This document shows, piece by piece, positions 37,960-50,543 of a stretch of 64,000 bases of DNA. Below the pieces are notes generated by a model, which had not been told where the DNA came from, did no database searches, and saw nothing but the letters and a program-made list of their open reading frames with translations. The stretch spans positions 23,870,001 to 23,934,000 of the forward strand of contig OX597816.1 in assembly GCA_951406725.2 (NCBI GenBank), given 5' to 3'. The translations under genes and the position numbers were made by a program. Origin of the DNA: Octopus vulgaris. Its lineage: Eukaryota. The number at the start of each line of letters is the position of its first letter. Position 1 is the stretch's first letter.

Positions 37960-38904
37960 CAGCATCGACACGCCACGACTCTTCCAGATGTTCTCCATAT
38001 CTTGTACCGCTTGCCTCGCTATCACGAGCCTTCTCCGTATCTCTGGTGTACTTGATCCACTGGTGCTGATTGTGGATCCCAAGTACACAAAATCATCCAC
38101 TTGCATATACCTATGCATAATTCGAGATGCATTAATAAAGATAAGTTTAAATTAACATGTAACATCTTCATTAACGCCGCCACTGAATTTATGACGTTTA
38201 TATTACCTACGACATATTCTATATCTTTCAGCTAGAGTGTAGTTGGGTCTCAAGGGGGTGGTACAAACCTTGCAATATGTATATCATAGTGAAAACAAAA
38301 TTTCCATTCAAATGGTAATTACCAGACGATTTCTGACCATTTTAAGTCGTAGTGGAAACGCGACCTATATCGCAAATAGGCATACGGATATTGTATAAAT
38401 TCTATGATTGAAAAATTTACTGTGGTTGTGTGGTAAGTAAACGCAGCAGTGGCTGTGTGGTAAGTAGCTTGCTTACCAACCACATAGTACCGGGTTCAGT
38501 CCCACTGCGTGACACCTTGGACAAGTGTCTTCTACTATAGCCTCGGGGCGACCAAAGCCTTGTGAGTGGATTTGGTAGACGGAAACTGAAAGAAGCCCGT
38601 CGTATGTATATGTGTGTGTGTGTGTATATATGTTTGTGTGTCTGTGTCCCCCCCCTCCTAAAAAAAAATCGCTTGACAACCGATGGTGGTGTATTTACGT
38701 CCTCCAGTCCACTCAACTGGCAAAAATAAGTACTCCTGCGATGGACTAGCGTCCCGTCCAGGTGGCGAATTTATACGCCACGGAAATCGGGAAACCGGCC
38801 CTTATGAGTCTTTATGTCTAGGGAAGGAACTTTACTACTCATTATATCTGGCAGGTTCGTGGCAGAATCTTCAGGGAGGCTTCCGCTCCATAGCGTCCTA
38901 TCAG

Positions 38905-38943
38905 AAACAACCTGGGTTCTCATTCCTAAGGTATTTTTCGATG

Positions 38944-39027
<84 letters not shown>

Positions 39028-39094
39028 TCACTGTCTGGAATCGAACTCGAAATCTTAGGATTAGTAGCCCGCGCTCTTAACCTCCACGCCATAA

Positions 39095-39164
<70 letters not shown>

Positions 39165-39350
39165 TAATAATAATAATAATAATATATCGAAAAATACCTT
39201 AGGAATGAGAACCAAGGTTCGAATTTTCCCCAAGACACCTGAAGAAGGCTGGAAGGTATATCAGCCGAAACGTTGTGTTAACAACAAACAAGATGAGGAC
39301 AAATATCCGTCAATTGTAAATAATCGAAATAATGTACACAATTCCTCATC
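38905..39350. mobile_element. Penelope-like inverted-repeat element enclosing a tRNA-like head, followed by a hammerhead
   Basis: AACCTGGGTTCTCATTCCTAAGGTATTTTTCGAT-(TTA)n / (TAA)n-ATCGAAAAATACCTTAGGAATGAGAACCAAGGTT; loop 39024-39092 is tRNA-like on the minus strand. Confidence 0.7.
39234..39279 (+). ncRNA. Type I minimal hammerhead ribozyme (dimer-type stem III)
   Basis: GACAC-CTGAAGA-a-GGCTG gaaggtatat CAGCC-GAAACGTT-GTGTT. Confidence 0.8.
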
Positions 39351-39352
39351 GC

Positions 39353-39866
39353 TTACTCTTTACTCTTTTTACTCGTTTCAGTCATTTAACTGCGGCCATG
39401 CTGGAGCACCGACTTTAGTCGAGCAAAGCGACCCCAGGACTTATTCTTTGGAAGCCTAGTACTTTTTCTATCGTTTTCTTTTGCCGAACTGCTAAGTTAA
39501 GGGGACGTAAACACACCACCATTGGTTGTCAAGCGATGTTGGTGGTGGGGGGGGGACAAACACAGACACACAAACATATACACACACACACATATATATA
39601 CGTATACATATATACGACGGGCTTCTTTCAGTTTCCGTACACCAAATCCACTCACAAGGCTTTGGTCGGTCCGAGGCTATAGTAGAAGGCACTTGCCCAA
39701 GGTGCCACGCAGTGGGAATGAACCCGGAACCATGTGGCTGGTAATCAAGCTAATTACCACACAGCCACTCCTGCGCCAATACTTACCACACAGCCACTCC
39801 TGCGCCTATACTTACCACACAGCCACTCCTGCGCCTATACTTACCACACAGCCACTCCTGCGCCTG
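39353..39866 (-). mobile_element. Family A SINE with its 29-nt 5' end repeated four times
   Basis: TTACCACACAGCCACTCCTGCGCC at 39754, 39783, 39812 and 39841. Confidence 0.9.
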
Positions 39867-40161
39867 TATTTACTACATATCCAATCCTAGCATAGAAATA
39901 TGCTACAAGCCAGTTTGATTTATTTCTCTTGGATCTTGTTTCATTTATACAAATTGTCTTAACGATACATTTTTTCTACTCTTTTTTTGAATATATTTAA
40001 GTGTTTTGCTCGCTGAAAGTAAAGTAGGATAATTGCTGTGCTGTGGACGCCTGCTGGGGCAGAAACATGTCGGCAGCTATCCTCTTATTTTCCGTAGTGG
40101 TATGTCAAATTTGGAGAATTATAAATTCATTTGGAATAAGACAGACAGACAGATAGATAGA

Positions 40162-40362
40162 TATGTTTCTTTATTAGCCACACAGAGCTGCACACAGACA
40201 GGACAAAATTACAAGGTAGAGCTTTTCTTTTGGGGGTAAAAGAAGGGGCTTTGGTTTTCGATCAAAAGGGATCGTAAATGGAAAGGAAGAGGACAAAAAA
40301 GGGGGGATAAAATAAAATTTATAAAAAGGGGGAGGTGAGGAAAAAAAAGGGAAAGGAAAAAA

Positions 40363-40393
<31 letters not shown>

Positions 40394-40415
40394 TGTTTCT
40401 AGATAGATATGTTTC

Positions 40416-40468
<53 letters not shown>

Positions 40469-40650
40469 TTTTTTATTGGCCACGCAGGGCTAAACACAGA
40501 AGGGACAAAATACAAAGTAGAGCTTTTCCTTTTTGGGAAGAAGAGAAGGGGGAGAATAAAAGGGGGGGAGCAATTCCGATCAAAAGGGATCGTGAAAAGA
40601 AAAAAAAATGGAGGCGAATACCGATCAAAAGGGATCTTGATAAAAAAAAT
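40162..40650 (-). mobile_element. Two Tx1-like LINE 3'UTR copies embedded in (GATA)n
   Basis: Match 54030-54190; GATA repeats on both sides of each. Confidence 0.8.
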
Positions 40651-40854
40651 ACGGATAGATAGATTGATTGATTGATTGATTGATGGGTGGAAGCAAAAAT
40701 TTCAGAGTTGTATATGTGTGTGTGCTCGCGCGCGCGCGCGTGTAAGTGTGCGCGTGTGTGAGCGCGTGCCTGGTAGTGCGCTTACTTTTGTGCGGTCCGT
40801 TTTAAGATAAGAACTTTTGAAATTAATAGCTGCTTCTGTCACTCGCTGCCAAAA

Positions 40855-40878
40855 TAATCAGCATCACCAACACCATCG

Positions 40879-40930
<52 letters not shown>

Positions 40931-40996
40931 TATCATCACGCATCTGTTGTTGTTGCTGCTGCTGCTACTACTACTACTTCTACAACTACTTCTACA

Positions 40997-41028
<32 letters not shown>

Positions 41029-41108
41029 AACTACAACTACTACTACTACTACGACTACTACTGCTACTACTACTACTACTACTACTACTACCACTACTAC
41101 TACTACTA

Positions 41109-41145
<37 letters not shown>

Positions 41146-41183
41146 AACAACTACTACTACTACTGCTACTACTACTGCTACTG

Positions 41184-41217
<34 letters not shown>

Positions 41218-41288
41218 CACTACTACTACTACTACTACTACTTCTACAACAACAACTACTACTACTACTGCTACTACTACTGCTACTG

Positions 41289-41335
<47 letters not shown>
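40855..41335. repeat. (CAT)n and (CTA)n trinucleotide tracts
   Basis: Direct reading. Confidence 0.95.
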
Positions 41336-41336
<1 letters not shown>

Positions 41337-41931
41337 ATTCTGCAACTACTGCCGCTTCCAACAAACGCCACACCCAATTTCGATACCAAAAATCACTCTC
41401 GCCAAACCCTGCCAACCCCGATACCCCCCCCACCTCGACCCCCCACCCCACCTCACCCCCCAAAAATTACTACACCTTTCCTCCACCTCCATCTCCTCTT
41501 CTTGCTTATACCTCTTACCGCTCCCCTCTTTGTTATTCTTAACATCGTTGTCATAGCCCGTCTGTTGTTGTTCCTACTTTTCTTAATGCCGTTCTTTTTC
41601 TATCTCACTTTCGCTCTTACTCTTTGGTAGTACTGCAGTTCTTGTTGTTGTTGTTGTTGTTATTATCGTTGTTGTTGTTGCTACTGCTACTGCTGCTGCT
41701 GTTTTGTTGCTTGCGGTGGTGGTGGTGGTGGTGGTGTTTGTGAGTTAGCTTATAGATGATAAAAGTTAGTTAGTTAGTTCTCAGCAGTTGGTGGGTATAT
41801 ACCCCTATACGTACATGATACATCAACATGGTGTACACAGGGAAGAACATTATTATTATCAGCATTTTACTGCTGCCTCTCCTCGGATTTTTCACATTCT
41901 CATCAGCTCAGGTAGTGTACAGATTCATTTA

Positions 41932-41972
<41 letters not shown>

Positions 41973-42087
41973 TTATATAACTGCATATGTATGTATGTAC
42001 ATTTGGTTCTTAAGCTTATCTCTCCGACTCACTTGGAGTTGGTACGAATTGCATGGTTCGAAATTTCCACAAGACACCTAATGAAGG

Positions 42088-42972
42088 CTCCGTTACGTTC
42101 TGAGTTCAAATTCCGCCGAGGTCGACTTTGCCTTTCATCCTTTCAGGGTCGATGTAAACGACTTAATACCTATGTCTGTCCTTGTTTGTCCCATCTGTGT
42201 TTAACCCCTTGTGGGTAGTAAAGAAATAGGTATTTCGTCTGCTGCTACGTTCTGAGTTCAAATTCCGCCGAGGTCGACTTTGCCATTCATCCTTTCGGGG
42301 TCGATAAATTAAGTACCAGTTACGCACTGGGGTCGATGTAATCGACTTAATAACTATGTCTGTCCTTGTTTGTCCCCTCTGTGTTTAGCCCCTTGTGGGT
42401 AGTAAAGAAATAGATATTTCGTCTGTCTTTACGTTCTGAGTTCAAATTCCGCCGAGGTCGACTTTGCCTTTCATCCTTTCGGGGTCGATAAATTAAGTAC
42501 CCGTTACGCACTGGGGTCGATGTAATCGACTTAATACCTATGTCTGTCCTTGTTTGTCCCCCTCTGTGTTTAGCCCCTTGTGGGTAGTAAAGAAATAGGT
42601 ATTTCGTCTGTCTTTACGTTCAGAGTTCAAATTCCGCCGAGGTCGACTTTGCCTTTCATCCTTTCGGGGACGATAAATTAAGTACCAGTTACGCACTGGG
42701 GTCGATGTAATCGACACTAATACCTATGTCTGTCCTTGTTTGTCCCCTCTGTGTTTAGCCCCTTGTGGGTAGTAAAGAAATAGGTATTTCGTCTGCTGCT
42801 ACGTTCTGAGTTCAAATTCCGCCGAGGTCGACTTTGCCTTTCATCCTTTCGGGGTCGATAAATTAAGTACCAGTTACGCACTGGGGTCGATGTAATCGAC
42901 TTAATACCTATGTCTGTCCTTGTTTGTCCCCTCTGTGTGTAGCCCCCTTGTGGGTAATAAAGAAATAGGTAT
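42088..42972 (+). mobile_element. Family B SINE head-to-tail array, 5 units of about 184 bp (first unit internally deleted)
   Basis: Junction AAAGAAATAG|GTATTTCGTCTG (one copy ATATTTCGTCTG) near 42230, 42414, 42599 and 42784. Confidence 0.92.
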
Positions 42973-42991
42973 AGCAGCTGAAACGGGTATG

Positions 42992-43228
42992 GGTACTACT
43001 TGAAAACAGTGGTCCCGGTGCGCGCACTCGCCTCGTCGCGCATCCGCGCTAGCTAGTCGTGATTAGTCGATCCTACAACGACTACCTAGCAAAGTAAATA
43101 AAACACAAAATAAATAATTTTTTTTACACAAAGTAAATAACACACAAAAACACAAAGTAAGGATCGACTAGCGCGGATGCACGAATATGCGAGTGCGCGT
43201 ACCTGGACCCCTGTTCTCAAGTAATACC
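42992..43228. mobile_element. GC-rich-TIR MITE
   Basis: GGTACTACTTGAAAACAGTGGTCCCGGTGCGCGCACTCGC versus GCGAGTGCGCGTACCTGGACCCCTGTTCTCAAGTAATACC. Confidence 0.75.
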
Positions 43229-43284
43229 TATGTATGTATCTATGTATGTATGTATGTATGTATGTATGTATGTATGTATGTATG

Positions 43285-43498
43285 TAGAGGAGGTGGTGCC
43301 GAAAATTTTCTGGCTTTGAGTGAAAGAAATAACAGAAAGGGTCAGTTAGTTGTGATTCTATACTACATGTTCCCCTCTCAGATTCGCACAATTATTGCAG
43401 CGGTCCTTCAGTTTTTTCTAAACCTTGTTAAAGAACTCGGAAGGTTGGGCCTCCGACCAAACCTTTAAGGCCAGGAAATTTTTCAGCATCTCCTCGTA
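43285..43498. mobile_element. mariner-type MITE
   Basis: TA-GAGGAGGTGGTGCCGAAAATTTTCTGGC...GCCAGGAAATTTTTCAGCATCTCCTCG-TA. Confidence 0.65.
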
Positions 43499-43526
43499 GA
43501 CACACAGATATATAAATATATATAGT

Positions 43527-43565
<39 letters not shown>

Positions 43566-43619
43566 GCGGGCAGGCAGGCAGACAGACAGATGGATGGATG
43601 GATAGATAGATAGATAGAT

Positions 43620-43656
<37 letters not shown>

Positions 43657-43723
43657 GGCAGACAGACAGGCAGGCAGACAGATAGGCAGACAGGCAGACA
43701 GACAAGCAGACAGGCAGGCAGGC

Positions 43724-43832
<109 letters not shown>

Positions 43833-43859
43833 TTCAGTTGCAGCGTTCGCAGAATCAAG

Positions 43860-44336
43860 GTATTTCAACGTGTAGGAGGCCAGAGAAGACCGAATACCTG
43901 TCTTTCAGTATTCAGTTGTCGTTTGTTGGCAGGGTACTGCAACTATGTACATATGCATCTTAACGTCTATCCGTATATAATTACACATAGACAAATGCAT
44001 ATTAACATATATAGATACCCGAGGTACATGATTGAATACAAACTGTAGATCCAGCTCGGGCGGGGTGAGGTGGAGGCAATTCCAGCATATGTACAAAAGA
44101 AGAACATGGGGTTTTAAATTTACGACAGCTGTTTGGGTAGAACTTTATTGATGTATTCATGGATAATATCATAGCAAAATCCCACTATCTACAGGTAAAA
44201 TTTTAAACAGGTATAAATAAACAGGTGAGGTAAAACCTTAACGATGACATTTTCAACAAATAACGTTATAACGCTGTTATGGTACCTGGCCAGTTCTGCC
44301 GTTCTACATGCTAATGAACCTAGACTCTAATGAATA

Positions 44337-44340
<4 letters not shown>
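43860..44340. mobile_element. Decayed relative of the 680-1112 Penelope-like element
   Basis: ACAGCTGTTTGGGTAG...ATCTACAG (mutated hammerhead); 44270-44335 is an inverted match to 680-745. Confidence 0.6.
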
Positions 44341-44377
<37 letters not shown>

Positions 44378-44401
44378 CGCGCGCACACACACACGTGCGC
44401 G

Positions 44402-44432
<31 letters not shown>

Positions 44433-44626
44433 GCATAAATATTATTTAATTGGCAGGAGTTACTAAATGACACAAGACCCGAGATACATTGACCCGAATA
44501 TTTGACTGGTACTTATTTTATCGACCCCCAAAAGGGTAAGAGGCTAAATCGATCCCAACCGAAGTTTGCGGTCGACATCATATATATATATATATATATA
44601 TATACATACACACACACACACGTGTG

Positions 44627-44674
<48 letters not shown>

Positions 44675-44883
44675 TGTATGTATGTATGCATGCATACATA
44701 CATATATTATTTCTACCCTATACAAAAGGCCTTGAAAATTTCTGAGGAAGGGCACTAGTCGATTATATCGACCCCAGTCAGTGCTTGACTGGTACACTTT
44801 TCATCGACCCCGAAACGATGAAAGACAAAGTTGACCTCGGCGGAATTTGAACTCTAAGCATTTCGCCCTGCGTGCTAATATAT

Positions 44884-45020
<137 letters not shown>

Positions 45021-45477
45021 GGTATGTAGAAAAATACAACATGGACAAGAACGTATAACTCTTAGAAGACGACACAATAAACACGGACAGGACATTCGAA
45101 ACCCTCAGTCTTCAGTCAAGAACCGGATCATCGTAGTAATTTCGGCTGATACATATTTATACACATCTACACACACACACACACACACACACACGTGCAC
45201 AGAGCAAAGTGCATAACTAGTCTGGTTAACCTCACCCACACATATACCCCGACATTTTTTTTTCTTCGTAACTTTTCTTTAAAATATTTATTTCAAAATG
45301 AAAATTTTGCTGATATACATTCTTGGCGGTGGTGTAGATTACTGTTCTGTTGATAACAATATTGGAGGTGGCAGGAATAAACGAAAACTTGGCGCTATTT
45401 TGGTTTTTATTTATGCTATATAAATGAAATATGCGACATTGAAAATGTGTGTCGGGTGCAAAATTTCATATAAAAAA

Positions 45478-46055
45478 TGTGCGTGGTTGTGTGGTAAAAT
45501 GATTGTGTTCCCAACCAACCACGTGGTTCCGGGTTCAGTCCAACGGAAGTGCCTTCTGATATAGGTTCTGTTTGACCAAAGCCCTATGAGTGGGTTTGGC
45601 AGATGGAAACTGAAAGAAACTCGTCGTATATATATATTGACCTGCTCGCTTAGCCAGCGGGGTGGCATCATTTGAAGGCTAAAACAATGCGAAGCGCATT
45701 GTGACCAGCGATGTGTAGCAACATCTGATAGCCTGGTCGGTCACGTGATCACGTGATATATGTATGTGTGTGGGGGGGTAGGTACATGTGTATGCATGTA
45801 TGTATGTATAGATAAGTAGAGAGATAGATGTGTGTGTGTGGGGGGGGGTCATCGCCGTTTGAAGGCGGTGTTGGTTTGTTTACGTCCCTGAGAGTTAGTT
45901 GTTCGGCAAAATAGGTCGATAGAGTAACTACTAGGCTTTAACAAAAATAAGTATTAGGATCGATTCGTTCCACCGAAAATTCTTCAAGGTGATGCCCCCA
46001 GCATGGCCGCAATCCAATGACTGAAACAAATAAAGGATTTATATAAGATAAAAGA
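45478..46055 (+). mobile_element. Diverged family A SINE with an insert in its (TA)n
   Basis: Head, core and tail recognisable; unrelated sequence at 45638-45757. Confidence 0.75.
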
Positions 46056-46235
46056 TTTTACAGGAAGTTATAATAAGAAACTTAGTAATAAACGGGTCAC
46101 CAATCTGTACCTATGCCTCGTAAAAATTTTTGTTTTTTTTGTTTTTTGTTTTGCTTTAATGAAATTAAAACAAAATAATAAACTGTCCTTGTAATGTCCA
46201 CTTCTCTGATACTCTGAGGTAAATAAAGAAACTAG

Positions 46236-46283
<48 letters not shown>

Positions 46284-46301
46284 TATTATTATTATTATTA
46301 T

Positions 46302-46414
<113 letters not shown>

Positions 46415-46689
46415 ATAGTAGTAGTAGTAGTAGTAGTGTTATTATCAAGGCGGGATCCTTAGTACGCCGGGTAAGATGCCTAGCGACATTGTGTCCGTCT
46501 TTACGTTCTGAGTACAAATTCCGCCAAGGTCGACTTGGCCTTTAATCCTTTCGGGGTCGATAAAGATATGTACCAGTTGAGTACTGCGGGTCAATATAAT
46601 CGACTTAACCCCCTCCAACGAAATTGCTGGCCTTGTACCAAAATTTGTATCAGATCGCTGAAATCTACAGTTTTTTTGTTTTTTTCGTT

Positions 46690-46835
46690 CTCTCTGTTTA
46701 TTTTCTCTTATTCCTTTCTGCTGAAGAGCGTAGGCTCGAAATGTAAAAGACTTTTTCATTTTTCGCGAGCGTCAAGCTAACACTCTTGCTTGTTGTTCAT
46801 ACACCTGTCTTCGTCTTTTGTTTTTCTATAAACTA
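46690..46835 (+). mobile_element. Penelope-like terminal repeat with minimal hammerhead-like motif
   Basis: CTGAAGAGCGTAGGCTCGAAATGTA at 46721-46745. Confidence 0.6.
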
Positions 46836-47521
46836 CTCTGCTGCTGCTACTACTACTACTACTACTATAACTACTCTATGTGTTCATATGTGTGAGCGTG
46901 TGTGTATGTGTGTGTGTATATTTGCGGATTTGCTTACCAGGTCAGCTGTGAACGCCTTATGTGCGTACTGAACTAAGGCACCCATTATCCGATAGGTCCT
47001 TGTTTTTACTTTATAAGAAAATAAGGTGGGATTTAAAGGTGTGATTTGAGTGCTATTTCTAAATTTTCGAGCGACCGTCTATAGAGACTCGCTCTGTGTA
47101 TGTGTGTGTGTGTCTGTGTGTGTGTGTGTGTGTGCACGTGTGACCGACTTTTTCCATTAGCACATCTCAATATGTTGCAAGTGTTAGTGTTAGCTTCGGT
47201 TCAATGAAGCAGAGCTACAACGAAAGGTATAACAGCCTTGTTGATTGTTACCCTTGCAAAGTCTCTTCTGTTATAGCCCCATGTCGACCAGTGCCTTATG
47301 AGTAAATTTAGTCGACGGAAACGGAAACTGTGTAAAGCCCGTCATGAATACATGTATGTGTGCGTGTGTGTGTGAAAACGTGTTTGTAACACACAGGCAC
47401 ACACGCACCACCACCACCACTGCTGGCAACCGGTGTTGCTTTGTTTACGTCCCCGTAAGTTAGCGGCCCGGCAAAAGACATCCATTGAATAAGTACCAGT
47501 TTTAGAAACAAAAAATAATAA

Positions 47522-47925
47522 AAGCAGGAGTGGCTGTGTGTTAAGTAGCTTGCTTACCAACCACATGGTTCCGTGTTCATTCCCACTGCGTGGCACCTTG
47601 GGCAAGTGTCTTCTACTATAGCTTCGGGCCGACCAAAGCCTTGTGAGTGGATTTGGAAACTGAGAGAAGCCCGTCGTGTGTGTGTGTATGTGTGTGTGTG
47701 TATATGTGTCTGTGTTTGTCCTCCAATATCGCTTGACAACCGATGCTGGTGTGTATATGTCCCCGTAACTTAGCGGTTCGGCAAAAGAGACCGATAGAAT
47801 AAGTACTAGGCTTACAAAGAATAAATCCTGGGGTCGATTTGCTCGACTAAAAAAGTTGGTGCTGCTGCATGGCCACACTCAAATGACTGAAACAAGTAAA
47901 AGAGTAAAAGAGATAGTAAAAGAGT
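47522..47925 (+). mobile_element. Family A SINE (a decayed copy precedes it at 47230-47510)
   Basis: (GTAAAAGA)n tail. Confidence 0.9.
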
Positions 47926-48424
47926 GTAGCGGAAGTGGATCTAGTTAGTTTCATTCGCAAAATGAGCCCCTTTTAATTTTCCTCAGATTGCTTTCAATTT
48001 TGGTGTATCGATTCAGCTCTGAATTTTGATGACGATCAACCAATTACTTTATCTCGTAAATTAAAGAATCTGATGTTATTTGGAATTAAAGGTGGGAAAT
48101 TTGTATAATTTTAACCAATCAACAAACAGCCTGGCATTAGCAGCTTGTTACCATGACAACTTCACGCTGTGTTGTGTTTCACTTTACCCGTGTCTGTACC
48201 GCACGTTGTTCTGTGTTGATTCTTCACACCACAAGATTCTTTTCACCCACATGTTTTGTGACTTGAATGTTAAGTCACTGCAAATATAGCAAAAGTTGTT
48301 TGCTATCTTTATACGCAAAATAATTGCAGCGTGGAAGGTGTTTATAAGCCATTTAAAAAAACACACACAAAAACCGTTATATTCACTTCAACATTTAAAT
48401 TCAATATGCCAAAATATTTTTGTT

Positions 48425-48503
48425 GCTTTGAGACCGCGACCTGTTCACTGACAAAACTCCGTGCTGCAGCAATTTTGTCAGTGAACAGGTCGCGGTCTCA
48501 AAG
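48425..48503. repeat. Perfect hairpin with arms of about 32 bp inside an unclassified repeat (relative at 51018-51255)
   Basis: GCTTTGAGACCGCGACCTGTTCACTGACAAAA / TTTTGTCAGTGAACAGGTCGCGGTCTCAAAGC. Confidence 0.85.
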
Positions 48504-48759
48504 CGACGAAAACATTCTGACATTATTTTTGAATTCTGCATGCAAAAACATACCAGATACAGGTATTCTTTTCCTTGGGACAAATTCTTTGTTGACCAGT
48601 GTTATTCTTATCGTAGTTTACAAACCCAAGCATGAAAACGTTACTCAACTTTGGAGTTTTGGAGACAGACGCCCCCTTTTCACACACACATACACACATG
48701 CACGTATATATATATATATTAATGATATACATAAGAAGTTATAGTGGAAGAGTTCAGCA

Positions 48760-49510
48760 GTACACCACCAAAGTCACCATAACCTTCTTTTTGAAGAGCT
48801 CGAGTTTAGGGAAGGTTTTCGGGGCTTCATTTTGGTCCAATCACTGCGTAGAACGTTGTTTATTATTTTACAGAATCCACTGTTCATCGCAAGTTACAAT
48901 ATGGTCGAGAAATGGATCGGTCTGGTTACGGAGAAGAAGCGCATTTTCTCATTTTCATTCAAATTCTGTGGTATCCATTTGTCGAGCTTTTTTGATTTTC
49001 CGATCGCATGCAAATGGTTGCAGGCAGTTTTCTGGCTAACTTGAAGTTCTTTTGCCAGTTCTCAAGTGGTTTTACGTGAATCGTTCTCAATGACGGTCTT
49101 TAACTGACCGTCATCGATGACAGATTGGCGTCTACTACGCTCACGATGTTCAAGGCTCAGGTCTCGACTGCGAAATCGTTTAAACCATTCTCGAGCTGAC
49201 CACTTACAGGTCATTTCCCCACCAAACGCTTCGTTGATATCGCGAGTAGTTTCAGCTGCTTTACGTCCTTTTTTTGAAGTTGAATAGCTAAAATGCTCGA
49301 ATATCGCGCTTTGACTGTTCCATTTCAGAAGATTGTAACAGCGGTTAAAAAAGTACCAATGTCAATTTATTGATGCATTTGGGCAAGTCTATGTCTGTAT
49401 TATCAGACAACTGCAAAAAAATATTTTTTAAAAATTCAAAACTCTGCAAAATACCGGTCCAAATTCTTCATGGTTCAAAACGTTGCTTACTTTGTACTCA
49501 ACATAATATA
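48760..49510 (-). mobile_element. Decayed mariner (Hsmar1/cecropia-like), N-terminal half
   Basis: Minus-strand KKLDKWIP, DPFLDHIVTCDEQWIL and KKVMVT. Confidence 0.8.
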
Positions 49511-50124
49511 TTTCGCAAGCAGAACACGTCTATGAGTTATTTTCCGTAAGCCATATGGCTTAAAATATATCTAGTTGGCAGGCTGCGGTTCTAATGGAAG
49601 AAAGCTGAAAATCTATTATGTCTGTGTGAATTCTAATTCGTATTCAGTGTGTACTATGTCTTAATGTCTTGCCAGCTACACAGAGAAATGTCTTGTGCAG
49701 AACTACAGTTGGGTTGTGCGTAGGATATGAATCAGTCCGGCTTAATCCAACCTTCACTCCAACACGCGCGTGTGCGTATGTATGTATGTATGTATGTATG
49801 TATGTATGTATGTATGTATGTATGTATGTATGTATGTATTATGTATGTATGTATGTATGTATGTATGTATGTATGTATGTATGTATGTATTTGAAGATCG
49901 GATAATCTGCTAGCGAAATCTAAACATGTTGGAGTATCACATGTGAAATAAAGTGAGTTGAATAACTTCAATCAACTAAGATTATATATATAATCGATAC
50001 TATAATGAAGAAAGCTGCTTACTAATTAGGTATGTAACAATTACTAAAAGTACTTTAAAAAAGCGATTATTAAAGGATTGACCGTCTGGAAATATTTTTT
50101 TAAATTCATGTTCTAAGAAATTTC

Positions 50125-50543
50125 CGATCTTTTCGGTTTGACCGGCAGTTTTTTCTAGCGGTGTCATATGAAATTGTCACCCATAATTATGACCCTAGTA
50201 TCGATCTATTGCATTTCGATCTGTTTTAAGGTTAGGGTTAGGGGTGGGGGAAGGATATCTTTTTTCTTCAGAAATGTAAATAAACCCAATCTGTTTCTTA
50301 AAGGAGGGACATATTCATACGGCACAGAATGCTTTTTTTTTTACCTCAATGGACGTCATTGATTGGTTGAAATTGCAGAAATTGAAGAAAAAAACAACAA
50401 ATATCTTACAAACTATAGAATTTTCTCAATAAAGCCAAGAGAAAAAGATGTCTTACAAACACATTCTACCAGTATACGAAGTTTAAAACTTTTTAGTTAC
50501 CTAGAAATTATGTTAAAAGCTGCCGTTCAAACCGAAAAGATCC
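50125..50543. mobile_element. Merlin-like MITE related to 27458-27746
   Basis: GATCTTTTCGGTTTGACCGGCAG TIRs; 8-bp TSD GAAATTTC; interior is an inverted homolog of the 27458 copy. Confidence 0.85.

Larger units (their letters stand above)
36652..38108 (-). mobile_element. RTE-clade LINE 3' fragment hosting two nested insertions
   Basis: DDFVYLGSTI...EIRRRL; YGCESWTMLKADEKKVSAFEMWCYRRILRVSWTE; GRRKRGRP; (GAT)n tail at 36652-36668. Confidence 0.9.

Noticed and set aside
39024-39092. Genuine tRNA gene (also all SINE heads)
   Set aside because: A/B boxes present but acceptor and anticodon stems do not close properly
40817-41630. His/Thr-rich mucin-like ORF
   Set aside because: (CAT)n/(CTA)n tracts open in several frames on both strands
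50228-50245. Interstitial telomere (TTAGGG)
   Set aside because: Only about two units, internal to a MITE
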